Shown here: positions 37,312 through 46,696 of the stretch, one piece after another
How positions within the stretch are numbered: position 1 is the first letter of the stretch
Layout of the letters: each line of letters starts with the position of its first letter
Assembly (NCBI GenBank): GCA_963754305.1
Contig: CAVWFR010000034.1
Coordinates: forward strand, 5,452-69,451
Source of the DNA: an uncultured beta proteobacterium
GTDB lineage: Bacteria; Pseudomonadota; Gammaproteobacteria; Burkholderiales; SG8-39
DNA: 64,000 nt
Reading direction: 5' to 3'
The notes under the pieces: generated by a model
Databases searched by the model: none
Told to the model about the DNA's origin: nothing
Seen by the model: the letters and a program-made list of their open reading frames with translations, nothing else
Position numbers and translations under genes: made by a program

Positions 37312-37982
37312 CCGAGCTCCCCACGCCGGCCCTCATCGGTCAGATCATCAACGTCTTTGCGGCAGCGCTGCTGCTCGTCTCGTTCGCGATGCTCGGCCAG
37401 CGCCGGATCCTCTCGCTGATCGACCTCTTCGCCGCGCAGGGGGTCGTGCTGTGCCTCTCGACCGCGTTCGTCGCCTGGGCGACCGGGCAGACGCACCTGT
37501 ACTGGTCGGCCGGGCTGACGCTCGTCCTCAAGGTGCTCCTGCTGCCGTGGATCCTGCACCGGCTCATCCGCCGGCTCAACGTCAAGTGGGACGTCGAGAC
37601 GCTGATCAATATTCCGACCACCATGCTCGTCGGCCTCGTGCTCGTGATCCTCGCGTTCAACCTCGCGCAGCCGGTGTCCGAGCTCGCCGGCACGGTGACG
37701 CGGGGCACGCTGGGGATAGCGCTCGCGACGGTGCTGCTCGCGTTCCTGATGATGATCACCCGCTCGAAGGCGGTGCCGCAGGTGATCGGGTTCCTCGCGA
37801 TGGAGAACAGCCTCTTCTTCGCCGCCACCGCGGCCACCTACGGCATGCCGATGGTGGTCGAGCTGGGGATCGCGCTCGACGTGCTGGTCGGGGTCATCAT
37901 CCTCGGTGTGTTCTTCTTCCAGATCCGGGAGCGGTTCGACTCGCTCGACATCCACCATCTCGAGAAACTGAAAGAGGAATGA
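37308..37982 (+). CDS. module 1: HyfE-like small membrane subunit
   Basis: GTG start with a GTGA overlap onto the upstream stop. 224 aa. The C-terminal block VIGFLAMENSLFF..ELGIALDVLVGVIILGVFFFQI parallels E. coli HyfE. Confidence 0.8.
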   Translation: MTELPTPALIGQIINVFAAALLLVSFAMLGQRRILSLIDLFAAQGVVLCLSTAFVAWATGQTHLYWSAGLTLVLKVLLLPWILHRLIRRLNVKWDVETLINIPTTMLVGLVLVILAFNLAQPVSELAGTVTRGTLGIALATVLLAFLMMITRSKAVPQVIGFLAMENSLFFAATAATYGMPMVVELGIALDVLVGVIILGVFFFQIRERFDSLDIHHLEKLKEE

Positions 37983-38034
37983 AGCCCTCATGTAACCATC
38001 GGGGCGCGGGGTCTGCGCCTCGAGCTCTTGAGCC

Positions 38035-39501
38035 ATGAACCTCGAGATCCTCTTCGTCCTCGGCATCCCGCTCGCGGGCGCGGGCCTGCTCGCGCTCGTC
38101 GGCCACATGCGCTGGGCGGCGGAGGTGAACGTGGCGCTCTCCACGGCGACGTTCGCCGGAGCGACGGGCCTCACCGCCAGCGTCGTCCGCGCCGGCCCGA
38201 TCCTCGCTTTCCAGGAACAGTTCTTCGTCGACTCGCTGAACGTGTTCCTGGTTGCGCTCACCGCGTTCGTCGCGATGACGACCGCGATGTTCTCGCGGCC
38301 GTACATGCGCATCGAGGAGGACCACGGGCGCCTCAGCGCCGCACGGCTGCGCCTCTACCACAGCATGTACCAGCTGTTCATCTTCACGATGCTGCTCGCG
38401 CTCCTCACGAACAACATGGGCATCGTGTGGGTTGCGCTGGAGGCGGCCACGCTGGCGACGGTGCTGCTCGTCAGCCTCTACCGCACGCCGGCGAGCCTGG
38501 AGGCGGCATGGAAGTACTTCATCCTGTGCGGCGTCGGCATCGCGCAGGCGCTCTTCGGCACGATCCTGCTCTACATGGCCTCGCAGAGGATCCTCGGCAG
38601 CGGCATCGAGGCGCTGCTCTGGACGCATCTCGCGGGCGTCCGCTCGCAACTCGAGCCGACGGTGCTGTCGATCGCGTTCGTGTTCCTGCTCGTCGGCTAC
38701 GGCACGAAGGTCGGGCTGGTGCCGCTGCATAACTGGCTGCCCGACGCGCACGCCGAAGGCCCGACGCCGGTGTCGGCGGTGCTCTCGGGGTTGCTCCTCA
38801 ACGTCGCGCTCTACGCGCTCGTCCGCTGCAAGGTGCTCGCCGACGGCGCGCTCGGCACGCCGTACGCCGGTCAGCTGATGATGGGCTTCGGCATCGCCTC
38901 AGTCCTGGTCGCGGCGTTCTTCCTCTCGCGCCAGCGCGACATCAAGCGTCTCTTCGCCTACTCCTCGATCGAGCACATGGGCCTCGTCACCTTCGCGTTC
39001 GGCATGGGCGGCCCGGTCGCGAGCTTCGCGGGGCTCCTGCACATGACGGTGCACTCGCTCACCAAGAGCGCGATCTTCTTCGCCGTCGGCCACGCGGTGC
39101 AGAAGTCGGGCACCCAGGTCATCGAGGACATCCGCGGCCTGATACGGGTGAGCCCGACCATCGGCTGGGGGCTGATGATCGGCACGCTCGCGATCCTCGG
39201 GCTGCCGCCGTTCGGCGTGTTCGCGAGCGAGTTCCTGATCCTCACCACCGCGATGCGCCAGCAGCCGTGGGCCACGCCCTGCCTGCTGCTCGCCCTCGGC
39301 GTCGCGTTCGCCGCGGTGTTCAGGAAGATCCAGCCGATGGTGTTCGGCGACCCCGGCGAGAAGTTCGCCCCGATCAGCCTCCCGTACCCGCCGGCGCTGC
39401 TGCCGGTGTTCACGCACTACGCGCTGGTGCTGGTGCTCGGGGTCTATGTGCCGCCTTACCTCGCCGACTGGTATCGCGAGGCGGCAAAGCTGATCGGGTG
39501 A
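38035..39501 (+). CDS. module 1: HyfF/NuoN(M)-like antiporter-type membrane subunit
   Basis: 488 aa. It has the WLPDAHAEGPTPVSAVLSGLLLNV motif and the FAYSSIEHMG block. Confidence 0.85.
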   Translation: MNLEILFVLGIPLAGAGLLALVGHMRWAAEVNVALSTATFAGATGLTASVVRAGPILAFQEQFFVDSLNVFLVALTAFVAMTTAMFSRPYMRIEEDHGRLSAARLRLYHSMYQLFIFTMLLALLTNNMGIVWVALEAATLATVLLVSLYRTPASLEAAWKYFILCGVGIAQALFGTILLYMASQRILGSGIEALLWTHLAGVRSQLEPTVLSIAFVFLLVGYGTKVGLVPLHNWLPDAHAEGPTPVSAVLSGLLLNVALYALVRCKVLADGALGTPYAGQLMMGFGIASVLVAAFFLSRQRDIKRLFAYSSIEHMGLVTFAFGMGGPVASFAGLLHMTVHSLTKSAIFFAVGHAVQKSGTQVIEDIRGLIRVSPTIGWGLMIGTLAILGLPPFGVFASEFLILTTAMRQQPWATPCLLLALGVAFAAVFRKIQPMVFGDPGEKFAPISLPYPPALLPVFTHYALVLVLGVYVPPYLADWYREAAKLIG

Positions 39502-39514
39502 CCGACGATGAGTC

Positions 39515-41086
39515 TTGAGTGACGGGAAAAGCATGAGTCCCCCGAGCGCGTTCGAGTCGCTCCACCTCCAGGCCACGCCGCTCCGCGCGGCGATGCCGGC
39601 CTGGTACGCGCGCGCGGGCGTCCAGCGGTTGCGCGAGATCGCGATCGGCGTCGCCGCAAAAGCCGGGCGGCTCGCCGCGCTGTGGGGCGCGGACGAACGC
39701 GACCGCGGCGAGGGGTTCGCGCTGCACCTCGCCCTGGTGGTGGACGACGCGACGCTCTGGCTCGCCGTGCCGCTGCCCGCCGAGCGGCCGGAGTACCCGG
39801 ACCTGGGCGACGTCTTCGCCGGCGCGAGCCGCATGCAGCGCGCCGTGTACGACCTCCTCGGCCTCCGCTCGACCGCGGCCGACCAGCGTCCCTGGCTGCG
39901 CCATGCCGCCTGGCCCGCGGACGTCTACCCGCTGCGGCGCGACTTCGGGCTCGAGAACTGGTTCGGCAACGACGTCGAGCAGTACCCCTTCGTGCCGGTC
40001 GCCGGCGCGGGGGTGCACGAGATTCCGGTCGGGCCGGTGCACGCGGGGACGATCGAGCCGGGGCACTTCCGGTTCTCGGTCGTCGGCGAGAAAGTGCTGC
40101 GGCTCGAGGAGCGCCTCGGCTACGCTCACAAAGCGGTCGACAAGCTGTTCGAGCGTCGCGATCTCGTCGGGGGCAGCACGCTCGCGGGGCGCATCTCCGG
40201 CGACAGCACGGTCGCGTACACCTGGGCGTACGCGATGGCCGTCGAGGGGCTCGCCGGCGTCGCGCCGCCGCCGCGCGCGCTGTGGCTGCGCGCGCTCGCG
40301 CTCGAGCGCGAGCGCGTCGCCAACCACCTCGGCGACCTCGGCTATCTCGGCAACGACGGCGGGCTCGCGTTCGGCCTCGCCCAGTTCATGCGCCTCAAGG
40401 AAGAGTGGCTGCGGCTGAACGCCGCGCTCTTCGGCCACCGCTATCTCATGGATTTCGTGGTCCCGGGCGGCGTCGAGCGCAACATCGGCCGGCACGGCTG
40501 CGACGAGGTCGCCGCGCAGTGCGTCGGACTCGCGCTCGAAGTGCAGACGCTGCGCGACATCTACGACGACCACGCCGGGCTGCAGGACCGCTTCCTCACC
40601 TGCGGCCGCCTCGCCCCGGAGCTCGCGCGGCAGCTCGGCGTGGTCGGCCTCGCGGCACGCGCGAGCGGCCTCGCTCTCGACGCGCGCGTCGCGCCCGGGT
40701 TCGAGCCATACGACCGCCTCGAGGTCGCTATGAAGACGCACGGCGCGGGCGACGTGGCCGCGCGCGTCGCGGTGCGGTTCGACGAGATCTTCGAGTCGCT
40801 GCGGCTCCTGCAGGCGATCGTCGAGGGCATGCCGCTCGGCGAGATCAGCACCCCCTTCACCAGCGTCGGCGCTCGCGGGCGCGGCCTGGGCCGGGCCGAG
40901 GGCTGGCGCGGGGAGGTAGTGATCGCGCTCGAGGCAGAAGACGGCACGATCCGTCGCTGTCACGCGCACGACCCGTCGTGGCAGAACTGGCCGGCCCTCG
41001 AGCACGCGGTGATCGGGAACATCGTCCCCGACTTCCCGCTGATCAACAAGTCGTTCAACCTGTCGTACAGCGGACACGATCTCTGA
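39515..41086 (+). CDS. module 1: NuoC-NuoD fusion / HyfG-HycE-like large subunit lacking NiFe-ligand cysteines
   Basis: 523 aa, TTG start (alternative ATG at 39533). It contains VGPVHAGTIEPGHFRF. The position of the RxCGxCxxxH motif reads RISGDSTVAY. The C-terminus reads NLSYSGHDL where HycE has DPCxxCxxR. Confidence 0.85.
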   Translation: MSDGKSMSPPSAFESLHLQATPLRAAMPAWYARAGVQRLREIAIGVAAKAGRLAALWGADERDRGEGFALHLALVVDDATLWLAVPLPAERPEYPDLGDVFAGASRMQRAVYDLLGLRSTAADQRPWLRHAAWPADVYPLRRDFGLENWFGNDVEQYPFVPVAGAGVHEIPVGPVHAGTIEPGHFRFSVVGEKVLRLEERLGYAHKAVDKLFERRDLVGGSTLAGRISGDSTVAYTWAYAMAVEGLAGVAPPPRALWLRALALERERVANHLGDLGYLGNDGGLAFGLAQFMRLKEEWLRLNAALFGHRYLMDFVVPGGVERNIGRHGCDEVAAQCVGLALEVQTLRDIYDDHAGLQDRFLTCGRLAPELARQLGVVGLAARASGLALDARVAPGFEPYDRLEVAMKTHGAGDVAARVAVRFDEIFESLRLLQAIVEGMPLGEISTPFTSVGARGRGLGRAEGWRGEVVIALEAEDGTIRRCHAHDPSWQNWPALEHAVIGNIVPDFPLINKSFNLSYSGHDL

Positions 41087-41087
41087 C

Positions 41088-41606
41088 ATGCTGAAGCTCC
41101 TCAGGCAGATCGCGGTAACGGGCATCGTGACCGAGCCGGCGCCGCGGCCCGACCCCGCGCTGCGGCTCGTCGAGCAGCGGCTGAAGAGCGAGGTGCTCGA
41201 ACTCTTCGGCGGCGCGCTCGCGATCCGCCACGTCGACGCCGGCTCGTGCAACGGCTGCGAGCTCGAGATCCACATGCTGACGACGCCGCACTACAACCTT
41301 GAGGGGCTCGGCGTGCGGTTCGTCGCGAGCCCGCGCCACGCCGACATGCTGCTCGTGACCGGCCCAGTGTCGCGCAACATGGAGACGGCGCTCCGGCGCA
41401 CCTACGACGCGGTCCCCGACCCGAAGCTCGTCGTCGCGGTCGGCGACTGCGGGTGCTCGGGCGGCGTGTTCGGCGAAAGCTACGCGAGCTGCGGCCGGGT
41501 GTCGAACGTGATTCCGGTCGACATCACCGTCCCCGGCTGCCCGCCGACGCCCGCCGCGCTGATGCAGGGCATCTTCACCGCAATCACCGGCCGGGCACGC
41601 GGCTAG
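41088..41606 (+). CDS. module 1: NuoB/HycG/HyfI-like small subunit ([4Fe-4S] ligands retained)
   Basis: 172 aa. Motifs seen: DAGSCNGCELE, SPRHADMLLVTGP, GDCGCSGG and PGCPP. Confidence 0.88.
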   Translation: MLKLLRQIAVTGIVTEPAPRPDPALRLVEQRLKSEVLELFGGALAIRHVDAGSCNGCELEIHMLTTPHYNLEGLGVRFVASPRHADMLLVTGPVSRNMETALRRTYDAVPDPKLVVAVGDCGCSGGVFGESYASCGRVSNVIPVDITVPGCPPTPAALMQGIFTAITGRARG

Positions 41607-41627
41607 CGGGGAACGAGTAGGCACGCC

Positions 41628-43637
41628 ATGGCGCTGGAAGGGCTCTTGTGGTGCATCGCGACCCTGCTCGGCACGAGCGTGGCGGCGGTCGCGGTCGCAC
41701 GCCAGCGCGCGGCGACCGCGCTCGTCTACGGGATTGCCCTAGCCGTTACGGGGATCGCGCTGGTCATCGCGGTGTGGTCACTCCTGACCCCGGGGTCGCC
41801 TAGCGGGCTGAATCTTCCGGTCGGGCTGCCCTGGCTGGGCGCCCACTTCCGGCTCGACGCCCTGACCGCGTTTTTTCTCGTGGTCGTCAATCTGGGCGGC
41901 GCGACGGCAAGCCTGTACGGCCTCGGGTACGGCAAGCACGAAGAGACGCCGGCGCGCGTCCTGCCCTTCTTTCCGACATTCCTGGCGGGGATGAACCTCG
42001 TCGTACTCGCCGACGACGCCTTCACGTTCCTGTTCACGTGGGAGTTCATGTCCCTCGCCTCCTGGGCGCTGGTGATGGCGCACCATCGCCGGCCCGGCAA
42101 CGCCGCGGCAGGCTACATCTATCTGCTCATGGCGAGTCTGGGGACGCTCGCGCTGCTGCTCGCGTTCGGTCTGCTCGCCGGCTCGACCGGCGGCTATGCC
42201 TTCGCCGCCATTCGCACCGGGGCGCCGTCGCCCGGCGTGTCCGGGGTCGTGCTCGCGCTGGCGCTGATCGGCGCTGGCTCCAAAGCGGGCCTGGTGCCGC
42301 TGCACGTGTGGCTGCCGCTCGCCCATCCGGCCGCTCCGAGCCACGTTTCGGCCCTGATGAGCGGCGTCATGACGAAGGTGGCGGTCTACGGCTTCGTGCG
42401 CATCGTGTTCGACCTGCTCGGTCCGCCGAGCTGGTGGTGGGGCGCGCTGGTGCCGCTCCTGGGCGGCGTGACGGCGGTCATGGGGGTGCTCTATGCGCTC
42501 ATGGAGCACGATCTCAAGCGCCTGCTCGCGTATCACACGGTGGAGAACATCGGCATCATCTTCATCGGGCTCGGGCTCGCGCTCGCTTTCCAGGCGAGCG
42601 AGATGCACGCCGCAGCCGCACTCGCGCTCACCGCGGCGCTCTTCCACGTCTTCAATCACTCGGTGTTCAAGAGCCTGCTCTTCTACGGCGCGGGGGCGGT
42701 CCTCACGGCCACCGGCGAGCGCAACATGGAGCACCTCGGCGGGCTCGTCCACCGGATGCCGCTCACGGCCTTCGCCTTCCTCGTGGGCTCCGCGGCGATC
42801 TCCGCGCTGCCGCCGTTCAACGGCTTCGTGTCCGAGTGGCTCACTTTCCAGGCGATCCTCCTGAGCCCCGGGCTGCCGCAGTGGCTGCTCAAGTTCCTCG
42901 TCCCCGCGATCGGCGCGATGCTCGCGCTGTCGGCAGCGCTCGCGGCCGCCTGCTTCGTCAAGGCCTTCGGCATCACATTCCTCGGACGGCCGCGCTCGCA
43001 GGTCGCACGGGACGCAGCCGAAACCGATGCGCTGTCCCTGGCGGCGATGTTCGCGCTCGCCGGGCTGTGCCTGCTGGCGGGGATCCTGCCGGGCTACTTC
43101 ATTGACGCGCTGGCGCCCGTCACCCAGATGCTGGTGGGTGCGAATCTGCCGCGGCAGGAGGAGCTGAGCTGGCTCACGATCGTTCCCATCGCGGAGAGCC
43201 GCAGCTCCTATAACGGCCTGATCCTGTTCGCGTTCATCGCGATGTCGGCCTGGCTGGCGACCTATGTCATTCACCGCTGGGCATCGGCCGCGACGCGCCG
43301 ATCCGCGCCGTGGGATTGCGGGTTTCCCGATGCCAGCCCGGTCACCCAGTACACCGCCGGCAGCTTCACGCAGCCGATCCGCCGGGTGTTCGGGACCGTG
43401 CTGTTCCGCGCACGCGAAGAAGTCCATATCCCCCTTCCCGGAGACCTCCGCGCCGCACGGTTTCACGTGCAGCTGCGCGATGTGCTGTGGGATGTCTTCT
43501 ACACGCCGACGGCGAACCTAGTGAACTTCGCCGCCGACAATCTCAACAAGGTGCAGTTCCTGACGATTCGCGCGTACCTGACCCTGGTGTTCGGCGCGCT
43601 CGTCGTGCTGCTCACGATCCTCGCGGTATGGAACTGA
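41628..43637 (+). CDS. module 2: HyfB/NuoL-like antiporter-type membrane subunit
   Basis: 669 aa, collinear with 34344..36347 (WLPLAHPAAPSHVSALMSGV). It starts 21 bp after the module 1 small subunit. Confidence 0.85.
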   Translation: MALEGLLWCIATLLGTSVAAVAVARQRAATALVYGIALAVTGIALVIAVWSLLTPGSPSGLNLPVGLPWLGAHFRLDALTAFFLVVVNLGGATASLYGLGYGKHEETPARVLPFFPTFLAGMNLVVLADDAFTFLFTWEFMSLASWALVMAHHRRPGNAAAGYIYLLMASLGTLALLLAFGLLAGSTGGYAFAAIRTGAPSPGVSGVVLALALIGAGSKAGLVPLHVWLPLAHPAAPSHVSALMSGVMTKVAVYGFVRIVFDLLGPPSWWWGALVPLLGGVTAVMGVLYALMEHDLKRLLAYHTVENIGIIFIGLGLALAFQASEMHAAAALALTAALFHVFNHSVFKSLLFYGAGAVLTATGERNMEHLGGLVHRMPLTAFAFLVGSAAISALPPFNGFVSEWLTFQAILLSPGLPQWLLKFLVPAIGAMLALSAALAAACFVKAFGITFLGRPRSQVARDAAETDALSLAAMFALAGLCLLAGILPGYFIDALAPVTQMLVGANLPRQEELSWLTIVPIAESRSSYNGLILFAFIAMSAWLATYVIHRWASAATRRSAPWDCGFPDASPVTQYTAGSFTQPIRRVFGTVLFRAREEVHIPLPGDLRAARFHVQLRDVLWDVFYTPTANLVNFAADNLNKVQFLTIRAYLTLVFGALVVLLTILAVWN

Positions 43638-44584
43638 TCCTCGATCTCCTCGTTCAGCTCGGCGAGGTCGCGCTCGTGCTGGCGCTCGCGCCGCTCCTCG
43701 CCGGCTACGTACGCAAGGTCAAGGCCCGCCTGCTTCGCCGGCAGGGACCGCCCGTCGTCCAGCCGTACCGCGATCTCGCGCGACTGATCCGCAAGGAGGT
43801 CGTGCTGGCGGACAACGCCTCCTGGGTGTTCCGCGCCACGCCTTACCTCGTCTTCGCCACGACCTGGGTGGCCGCAGCACTGGTGCCGACCTTCGCGTCG
43901 GGGCTGGTGGTGAGTTACGCCGCCGACATGATCGCCATCGTGGCGCTGCTCGGCAGCGCGCGCTTCATGCTCGCGCTGGCGGGGCTCGACGTCGGCACGA
44001 GCTTCGGCGGGATCGGTTCGAGCCGCGAGATGATGATCGCCTCGCTCGCCGAGCCGGCGATGCTGATGGTCGTGTTCACGCTGTCGCTGCTGGCCGGCTC
44101 CACGCAGCTGTCGTCGATCGCGGCATTCATGCAGGGCCCGCAGGTCGGCCTGCGGGTGTCGCTCGCACTGGCGCTGGTCGGGCTCGTCATGGTCGCCATC
44201 GCCGAGAATGCGCGGATCCCGGTCGACAACCCGGCGACCCATCTCGAGCTGACGATGGTGCACGAAGCCATGATCCTCGAGTACTCCGGTCGCCACCTGG
44301 CGTTGATCGAAGCGGCCTCATTCCTGAAGCTGCTCCTTTACCTGTCCGTCGTCGCCTGCGTTTTCATTCCCTGGGGGGTCGCGGTGTCCGGGGAGGGTTT
44401 CGCCGCCTATCTCATCGGGATCGCGACATACGTCGCGAAACTCCTCGCCGCGGGGTTCCTGCTCGCCGTGTTCGAGACCGCGATCGCGAAGATGCGCGTC
44501 TTCCGCGTCCCCGAGTTCCTGGGGGCGGCATTGATGCTCGGCCTGCTCGCAGCGCTGCTCCTCTTCGTGTCACGGGTCACGTGA
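43628..44584 (+). CDS. module 2: HyfC/HycD/NuoH-like membrane subunit
   Basis: Starts MELILDLLVQLGEV. It has ENARIPVDNPATHLELTMVHEAMILEYSGR and overlaps the upstream gene by 10 nt. Confidence 0.85.
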   Translation: MELILDLLVQLGEVALVLALAPLLAGYVRKVKARLLRRQGPPVVQPYRDLARLIRKEVVLADNASWVFRATPYLVFATTWVAAALVPTFASGLVVSYAADMIAIVALLGSARFMLALAGLDVGTSFGGIGSSREMMIASLAEPAMLMVVFTLSLLAGSTQLSSIAAFMQGPQVGLRVSLALALVGLVMVAIAENARIPVDNPATHLELTMVHEAMILEYSGRHLALIEAASFLKLLLYLSVVACVFIPWGVAVSGEGFAAYLIGIATYVAKLLAAGFLLAVFETAIAKMRVFRVPEFLGAALMLGLLAALLLFVSRVT

Positions 44585-45246
44585 TGGATCGCCTCGCGCT
44601 GGACGTTGCACATCTCTTCGCCGGCGGGCTGGTCCTGGTGAGCTTCATGCTGCTCTACCAGGACCGCATGTTCTCGCTGCTGAACATATTCGCCCTGCAT
44701 GCGCTGGTCGTCTCGCTTTCGGTCGCGTGGCAGGCGTACATCCAGCAGGCGCCCCATCTCTACATCACCGCCGGGATCGCGCTCGTCGTCAAGGCGCTCG
44801 TGATCCCCGTGGTGCTCCATCGCATCATCGTGCGGCTCGGGATCCATCGAAGCATCGAGCAGGTGGTCGGCATCGGACAGACGATGCTCGCGGGGATCGG
44901 GCTGGTCGCGCTGTCCATCATGGTCATGCTGCCGATCACGGCCGAGGCCGGAACGCTCGCCCGGGAAGACCTGGCGTTCGCGCTGTCGGTCATCCTGCTC
45001 GGCCTGCTGATGATGGTCTCCCGGCGCAACGCCCTGAGCCAGGTGATCGGCTTCATGTCGATCGAGAACGGGCTGATCCTCGCCGCCACCGGCGCCAAGG
45101 GGATGCCGCTCGTCGTGGAGATCAGCGTCGCGTTCTCGATCCTCGTCGCCCTCATCGTGATCGGCATCTTCCTGTTCCGCATCCGCGAGCGGTTCGACAC
45201 CATCGACGTTCACGCCCTCGACCAGGTCCGCGGGGAGCGCCCGTGA
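44581..45246 (+). CDS. module 2: HyfE-like small membrane subunit
   Basis: 221 aa. It has the block VIGFMSIENGLILAATGAKGMPLVVEISVAFSILVALIVIGIFLFRI and a 4-nt overlap with the upstream stop. Confidence 0.8.
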   Translation: MMDRLALDVAHLFAGGLVLVSFMLLYQDRMFSLLNIFALHALVVSLSVAWQAYIQQAPHLYITAGIALVVKALVIPVVLHRIIVRLGIHRSIEQVVGIGQTMLAGIGLVALSIMVMLPITAEAGTLAREDLAFALSVILLGLLMMVSRRNALSQVIGFMSIENGLILAATGAKGMPLVVEISVAFSILVALIVIGIFLFRIRERFDTIDVHALDQVRGERP

Positions 45247-46691
45247 CCGAGCCGGGCACGGTTCTCGTCGGCGCCATCCTGACCATCCCCGCACTGAGCG
45301 CGGTGCTGCTCGCCGTGCTGCCCGATGACCGGACGGCCGGACGCCTCAACGTCCTGGCGACGTCGCTGACCCTTCTCTCGGCGGCCGGGCTCTTCATCGA
45401 GCGTCCGTCTCCGGGGCCGTTCCTGATCGTGGACGACCTCAACGTCGTGTTCATCGTGCTGAACACCTTCGTCGGGTTCACGACCAGCGTGTTCAGCGCC
45501 AGTTACATCGCGCACGAGCTCGAGACGGGGCGGCTTTCCCCGGCTTATCTGCGCTTCTACCACGCGATGTACCAGACGCTCATGTTCGCAATGAACCTGG
45601 CGCTGCTGTCCAACAACGTGGGGCTGATGTGGGTCGCGGTCGAGCTCGCGACGCTGACGACGGTGCTGATGGTCGGGATCTACCGCACGCCGGCGGCGCT
45701 CGAGGCGGCGTGGAAGTACTTCCTGCTCGGCAGCGTCGGCATCGCGCTCGCCCTGTTCGGAACAATCCTGGTCTACCTCGCGGCGCGCTCGGTGGTCGGC
45801 GAAGGGCTGGATGCGATGGCCTGGAACGTGCTCGTGGAGCGGGCCCCCGCGTTCGATCCGGCGATTCTCAACCTCGCGTTCGTGTTCCTCCTGCTCGGCT
45901 ACGGGACAAAGGTCGGGCTCGTGCCGCTGCACGCGTGGCTGCCCGATGCGCACGCGGAGGGGCCGACGCCGATCTCGGCCGTGCTGTCGGGCCTGCTGCT
46001 GAACGTCGCGCTCTTCGCGGTGCTGCGCTTCAAGACCATCATGTCGGCGAACCCCGGCGCGCTGGCGCCCGGGCCGCTGATGGTATCGCTCGGATTGCTC
46101 TCGGTGGTGTTTGCGTCGTTCATGCTGTACCGCCGCCACGACATCAAGCGCATGTTCGCGTACTCGTCGATCGAGCACATGGGGATCATCACGTTCGCGT
46201 TCGGCATGGGCGGTCCGCTGGCGAACTTCGCCGGCCTGCTGCACATGACCCTGCACAGCCTCACCAAATCGGCCATCTTCTTCTGCGTGGGCCACATCTC
46301 GCAGATCAAGGGAACGCAGCAGATGTCCGAGATCCGCGGGCTCACGGTGTCCCACCCCGTGCTCGGCTGGGGCCTCGCGCTCGGCGTTGTCGCCATCGTC
46401 GGTCTTCCGCCCATGGGGATCTTCATGAGCGAGTTCCTGATCGTGACTTCCACTTTCGCGCGCGCGCCGGTGCTCGCCGTGGTGCTGGGCTTGAGCCTGC
46501 TCGTGGCGCTGGGCGCGCTCCTCGCGCGCCTGAACGGACTCGCGTTCGGCGCTCCGCACGGGACCGACGCGCCGTCGCAGGCTTCGTTCGTGCCGGTGTT
46601 CGCCCACCTCGCCCTCGTTCTCGCGGCCGGCATATGGCTTCCGCCCGCGGTCGTGGCGTGGTTCCAGCACGTCGCGAGCATGTTGAGCTGA
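45243..46691 (+). CDS. module 2: HyfF/NuoN(M)-like antiporter-type membrane subunit
   Basis: GTG start overlapping the upstream stop. 482 aa. It has WLPDAHAEGPTPISAVLSGLLLNV and FAYSSIEHMG. Confidence 0.85.
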   Translation: MTEPGTVLVGAILTIPALSAVLLAVLPDDRTAGRLNVLATSLTLLSAAGLFIERPSPGPFLIVDDLNVVFIVLNTFVGFTTSVFSASYIAHELETGRLSPAYLRFYHAMYQTLMFAMNLALLSNNVGLMWVAVELATLTTVLMVGIYRTPAALEAAWKYFLLGSVGIALALFGTILVYLAARSVVGEGLDAMAWNVLVERAPAFDPAILNLAFVFLLLGYGTKVGLVPLHAWLPDAHAEGPTPISAVLSGLLLNVALFAVLRFKTIMSANPGALAPGPLMVSLGLLSVVFASFMLYRRHDIKRMFAYSSIEHMGIITFAFGMGGPLANFAGLLHMTLHSLTKSAIFFCVGHISQIKGTQQMSEIRGLTVSHPVLGWGLALGVVAIVGLPPMGIFMSEFLIVTSTFARAPVLAVVLGLSLLVALGALLARLNGLAFGAPHGTDAPSQASFVPVFAHLALVLAAGIWLPPAVVAWFQHVASMLS

Positions 46692-46696
46692 CCGGA

